Below, one piece after another: positions 62,289 through 64,000 of a DNA stretch of 64,000 nt (positions are counted from its first letter, which is position 1; each line of letters begins with the position of its first letter). Position numbers and translations under genes: made by a program. Origin of the DNA: an uncultured bacterium (lineage in GTDB: Bacteria; Patescibacteriota; Minisyncoccia; Phycocordibacterales; Phycocordibacteraceae); NCBI GenBank assembly GCA_963759775.1, contig CAVXAH010000001.1:336682-400681 (forward strand), read 5' to 3'. The notes under the pieces were generated by a model that worked only from the letters and a program-made list of their open reading frames with translations, made no database searches and was not told the origin of the DNA.

Positions 62289-63353
62289 TTATTTTACGAA
62301 CGGATTCTTTGCTCCGCGCACTTCGAAGTGGAGGTGAGGTCCAGTTGCTTTTCCCGTTGCACCAATACCACCAATATTTTGTCCTTGCACGACGCTCTGT
62401 CCTGCCTGCACGAATACCGTTGAAAGGTGGGAGTAGAGTGTCTGCGTGCCATTTGCGTGTGAGATTACGATGTAGTTTCCGTAACCACCATTCCATCCAC
62501 CATTTGTTTTTGCAATGATGACCATGCCATCTGCCGACGCAAGTACTGCAGTGCCTTTTGGTCCGCCAAGGTCGACACCATTCCATCCGTGAATTCCTTG
62601 GGTAACGCGTGTTCCCGGTGCAGGATGCGCAAAGTAGCCAGGAATAAGAACACCACCGCCACCGCGATAAACAGCCGTCGTTCCTGTTCGGACGGGTGCG
62701 ACGACGGGAATTTCTCCACCAGGAATGATGATAGTCGTACCAACCGCAAGCGAGGCGTCCGCATCAAGACCGTTGTAGTCTGCAATTTCTTTCGCGTCCG
62801 CGCCATACTTTTTCGCGAGAGATTTCAAGGTATCGTCTTTTACAATCGTGCGCTCGATGCCAGAAACCGGGAGAATAATAAGTGTCTGGCCTGCACGAAT
62901 CACATCATTCTTCAAATTGTTCGCCCATCTGATGGTGTTTACCGAGACGCCGTGCATTTTTGCAATATCAGAAAGAGTATCTGGGTTATCAGGGTTGTCG
63001 CGAACGACGTACACGGAAATTTGATCCGCAGACGGAACGGAACTGGAGACGCTTGCGATGGTGCCTGCGGGTCCAGCTTCTGCAAGAAGCGCGGAGTCAC
63101 TAATGACCGTCTCCCGAGCGTCCGCTTTTATCGGATCAGGGTTTTGGTTGGTAGCCGCCGCAAGCATGCCAATCGTTGCATCGTGAATAAGTGGGGCCGG
63201 AAGAGCGGCACTTGCTGGTTTTGAGGTAAAGGGCCAAAAGGCTTGGGCGAGCTCTGGGAAGATCACGAGAGCCGGCAAAACGAGAAGAGCCGTAGACAAA
63301 AGTACGGCTAAAATAGGGGAGGCCCTGTATGCGTTCCGGGAGTGAATGTTCAC
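62289..63353 (-). CDS. LysM-domain M23 family peptidoglycan endopeptidase
   Basis: N-terminal TM, two LysM-like repeats (DTLSDIAKMHGVSV, DTLKSLAKKYGADA), M23 motifs HGWNGVDL and HLHFEV. Confidence 0.85.
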   Translation of the reverse strand: MNIHSRNAYRASPILAVLLSTALLVLPALVIFPELAQAFWPFTSKPASAALPAPLIHDATIGMLAAATNQNPDPIKADARETVISDSALLAEAGPAGTIASVSSSVPSADQISVYVVRDNPDNPDTLSDIAKMHGVSVNTIRWANNLKNDVIRAGQTLIILPVSGIERTIVKDDTLKSLAKKYGADAKEIADYNGLDADASLAVGTTIIIPGGEIPVVAPVRTGTTAVYRGGGGVLIPGYFAHPAPGTRVTQGIHGWNGVDLGGPKGTAVLASADGMVIIAKTNGGWNGGYGNYIVISHANGTQTLYSHLSTVFVQAGQSVVQGQNIGGIGATGKATGPHLHFEVRGAKNPFVK

Positions 63354-63665
63354 TCGGGATAGTCCGGAAAGATGCTGATTGGGTTCTATAGGGAAAGGGG
63401 GTAGCGAGGTCGGGCTTCCAGGTACAAAAATGGCTTAGATACGCCATTTCTTTCGGATGTTCGGGTCAGTCGATACTTCTACTCTATCTCATGAAGAGAG
63501 GATGAGCAACCCCATTTTGGCTATCTGGGGACAGTGGTTTTTAGGGTAGAGTACGCAAGTGAAATACCCCGGGGGACAACATGGCATCGCGGCTTTTGTT
63601 TTTTCGTTGTTTCTAGACCAGAATCTAGCGATTTTTACTAGAACGGACGATTATTGCAGTAAATA

Positions 63666-64000
63666 ATGGAGCCGCGCATAAAAAACAATGCCATGTTGTA
63701 CCACAGGGAATACCTCGAAAAGCTCAATGCAGCGCAAAAAGAAGCAGTTCTCGCAACCGACGGCCCGGTTTCAGTTTTGGCGGGTGCGGGATCAGGAAAA
63801 ACGCGGGTTTTGACGACCCGCATCTACCACCTTATTCGGCAGGGTGTCCCGGCGGACAAAATCTTGGCGGTGACGTTCACTAACAAAGCAGCCAGGGAGA
63901 TGCGCGAGCGGGTAAGGGTTATGCTCGGGGAAGAAGACAATGCACATTCCTCCCCACTTCCGTTTGTCTCAACTTTTCATGGGCTTGGTCGTGAACTCTT
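63666..64000 (+). CDS. UvrD/PcrA/Rep family helicase, 5' partial (runs off window)
   Basis: LNAAQKEAV...[17 protein letters not shown]...[16 protein letters not shown] read from sequence; not in ORF track because no stop occurs in the window. Confidence 0.85.
   Translation, partial: MEPRIKNNAMLYHREYLEKLNAAQKEAVLATDGPVSVLAGAGSGKTRVLTTRIYHLIRQGVPADKILAVTFTNKAAREMRERVRVMLGEEDNAHSSPLPFVSTFHGLGREL

Noticed and set aside
1-64000. Alternative genetic code (UGA recoding, as in some candidate phyla).
   Set aside because: Conserved genes terminate at TGA (for example uppS and ruvA). No conserved ORF needs read-through of TGA, so the standard bacterial code fits.

Overview
This is a 64-kb chromosomal window read under the standard genetic code. 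Long conserved ORFs end in TGA, TAA or TAG, and I saw no sign of recoding. All homology calls below come from motif recognition by eye, not from database searches.

Core gene content:
- Origin region: dnaN-dnaA facing rpmH-rnpA-yidC.
- DNA repair and recombination: ruvA, ruvB, ruvC, polA, recJ, xthA and a uvrD-like helicase.
- Cell wall: PBP1A and a MurE-like ligase.
- Ribosomal proteins L19, S20, L34, L28 and S15, plus six tRNAs.
- RNase Y, ClpP, NusA and TpiA-Pgk.
- Two type IV pilus/competence blocks, a split ComEC and ComM.

This content, together with many short hypothetical secreted proteins, looks like a reduced-genome, Patescibacteria/CPR-like bacterium. That assignment is inference only.

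Accessory content is a Tn916/ICEBs1-style type IV secretion block at 21.0-28.2 kb. Its VirB4 ATPase is broken by one in-frame stop and about four frameshifts.

The most interesting observation is a family of three 102-117 bp elements:
- Each has 13-14 nt perfect terminal inverted repeats (CCCCGTTAGAA[A/G]TT) and 4-bp flanking direct repeats.
- They sit exactly inside the start codons of pgk, a HIT hydrolase gene and a proline-rich membrane-protein gene.
- Each leaves a short MSPVRN/MDPVRS mini-ORF upstream and regenerates an ATG or GTG for the host gene.

Other points:
- Many genes start 6-8 nt after a -10 box, which is a leaderless-type architecture.
- An 18-bp perfect palindrome carries two divergent TATACT boxes.
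- Two paralogous pilin genes have long conserved leaders, a covarying mRNA hairpin and a 7-nt x4 repeat.
- cca and an M50 protease gene carry apparent frameshifts.
- A duplicated tRNA-Leu 3' end closes a structured 150-nt RNA candidate.
- A 147-nt stem-closed RNA candidate contains an RNase P CR-I-like GAGGAAAGTTCC motif.
- Several long perfect hairpins occur in intergenic regions.

No rRNA, CRISPR array or transposase gene was seen.
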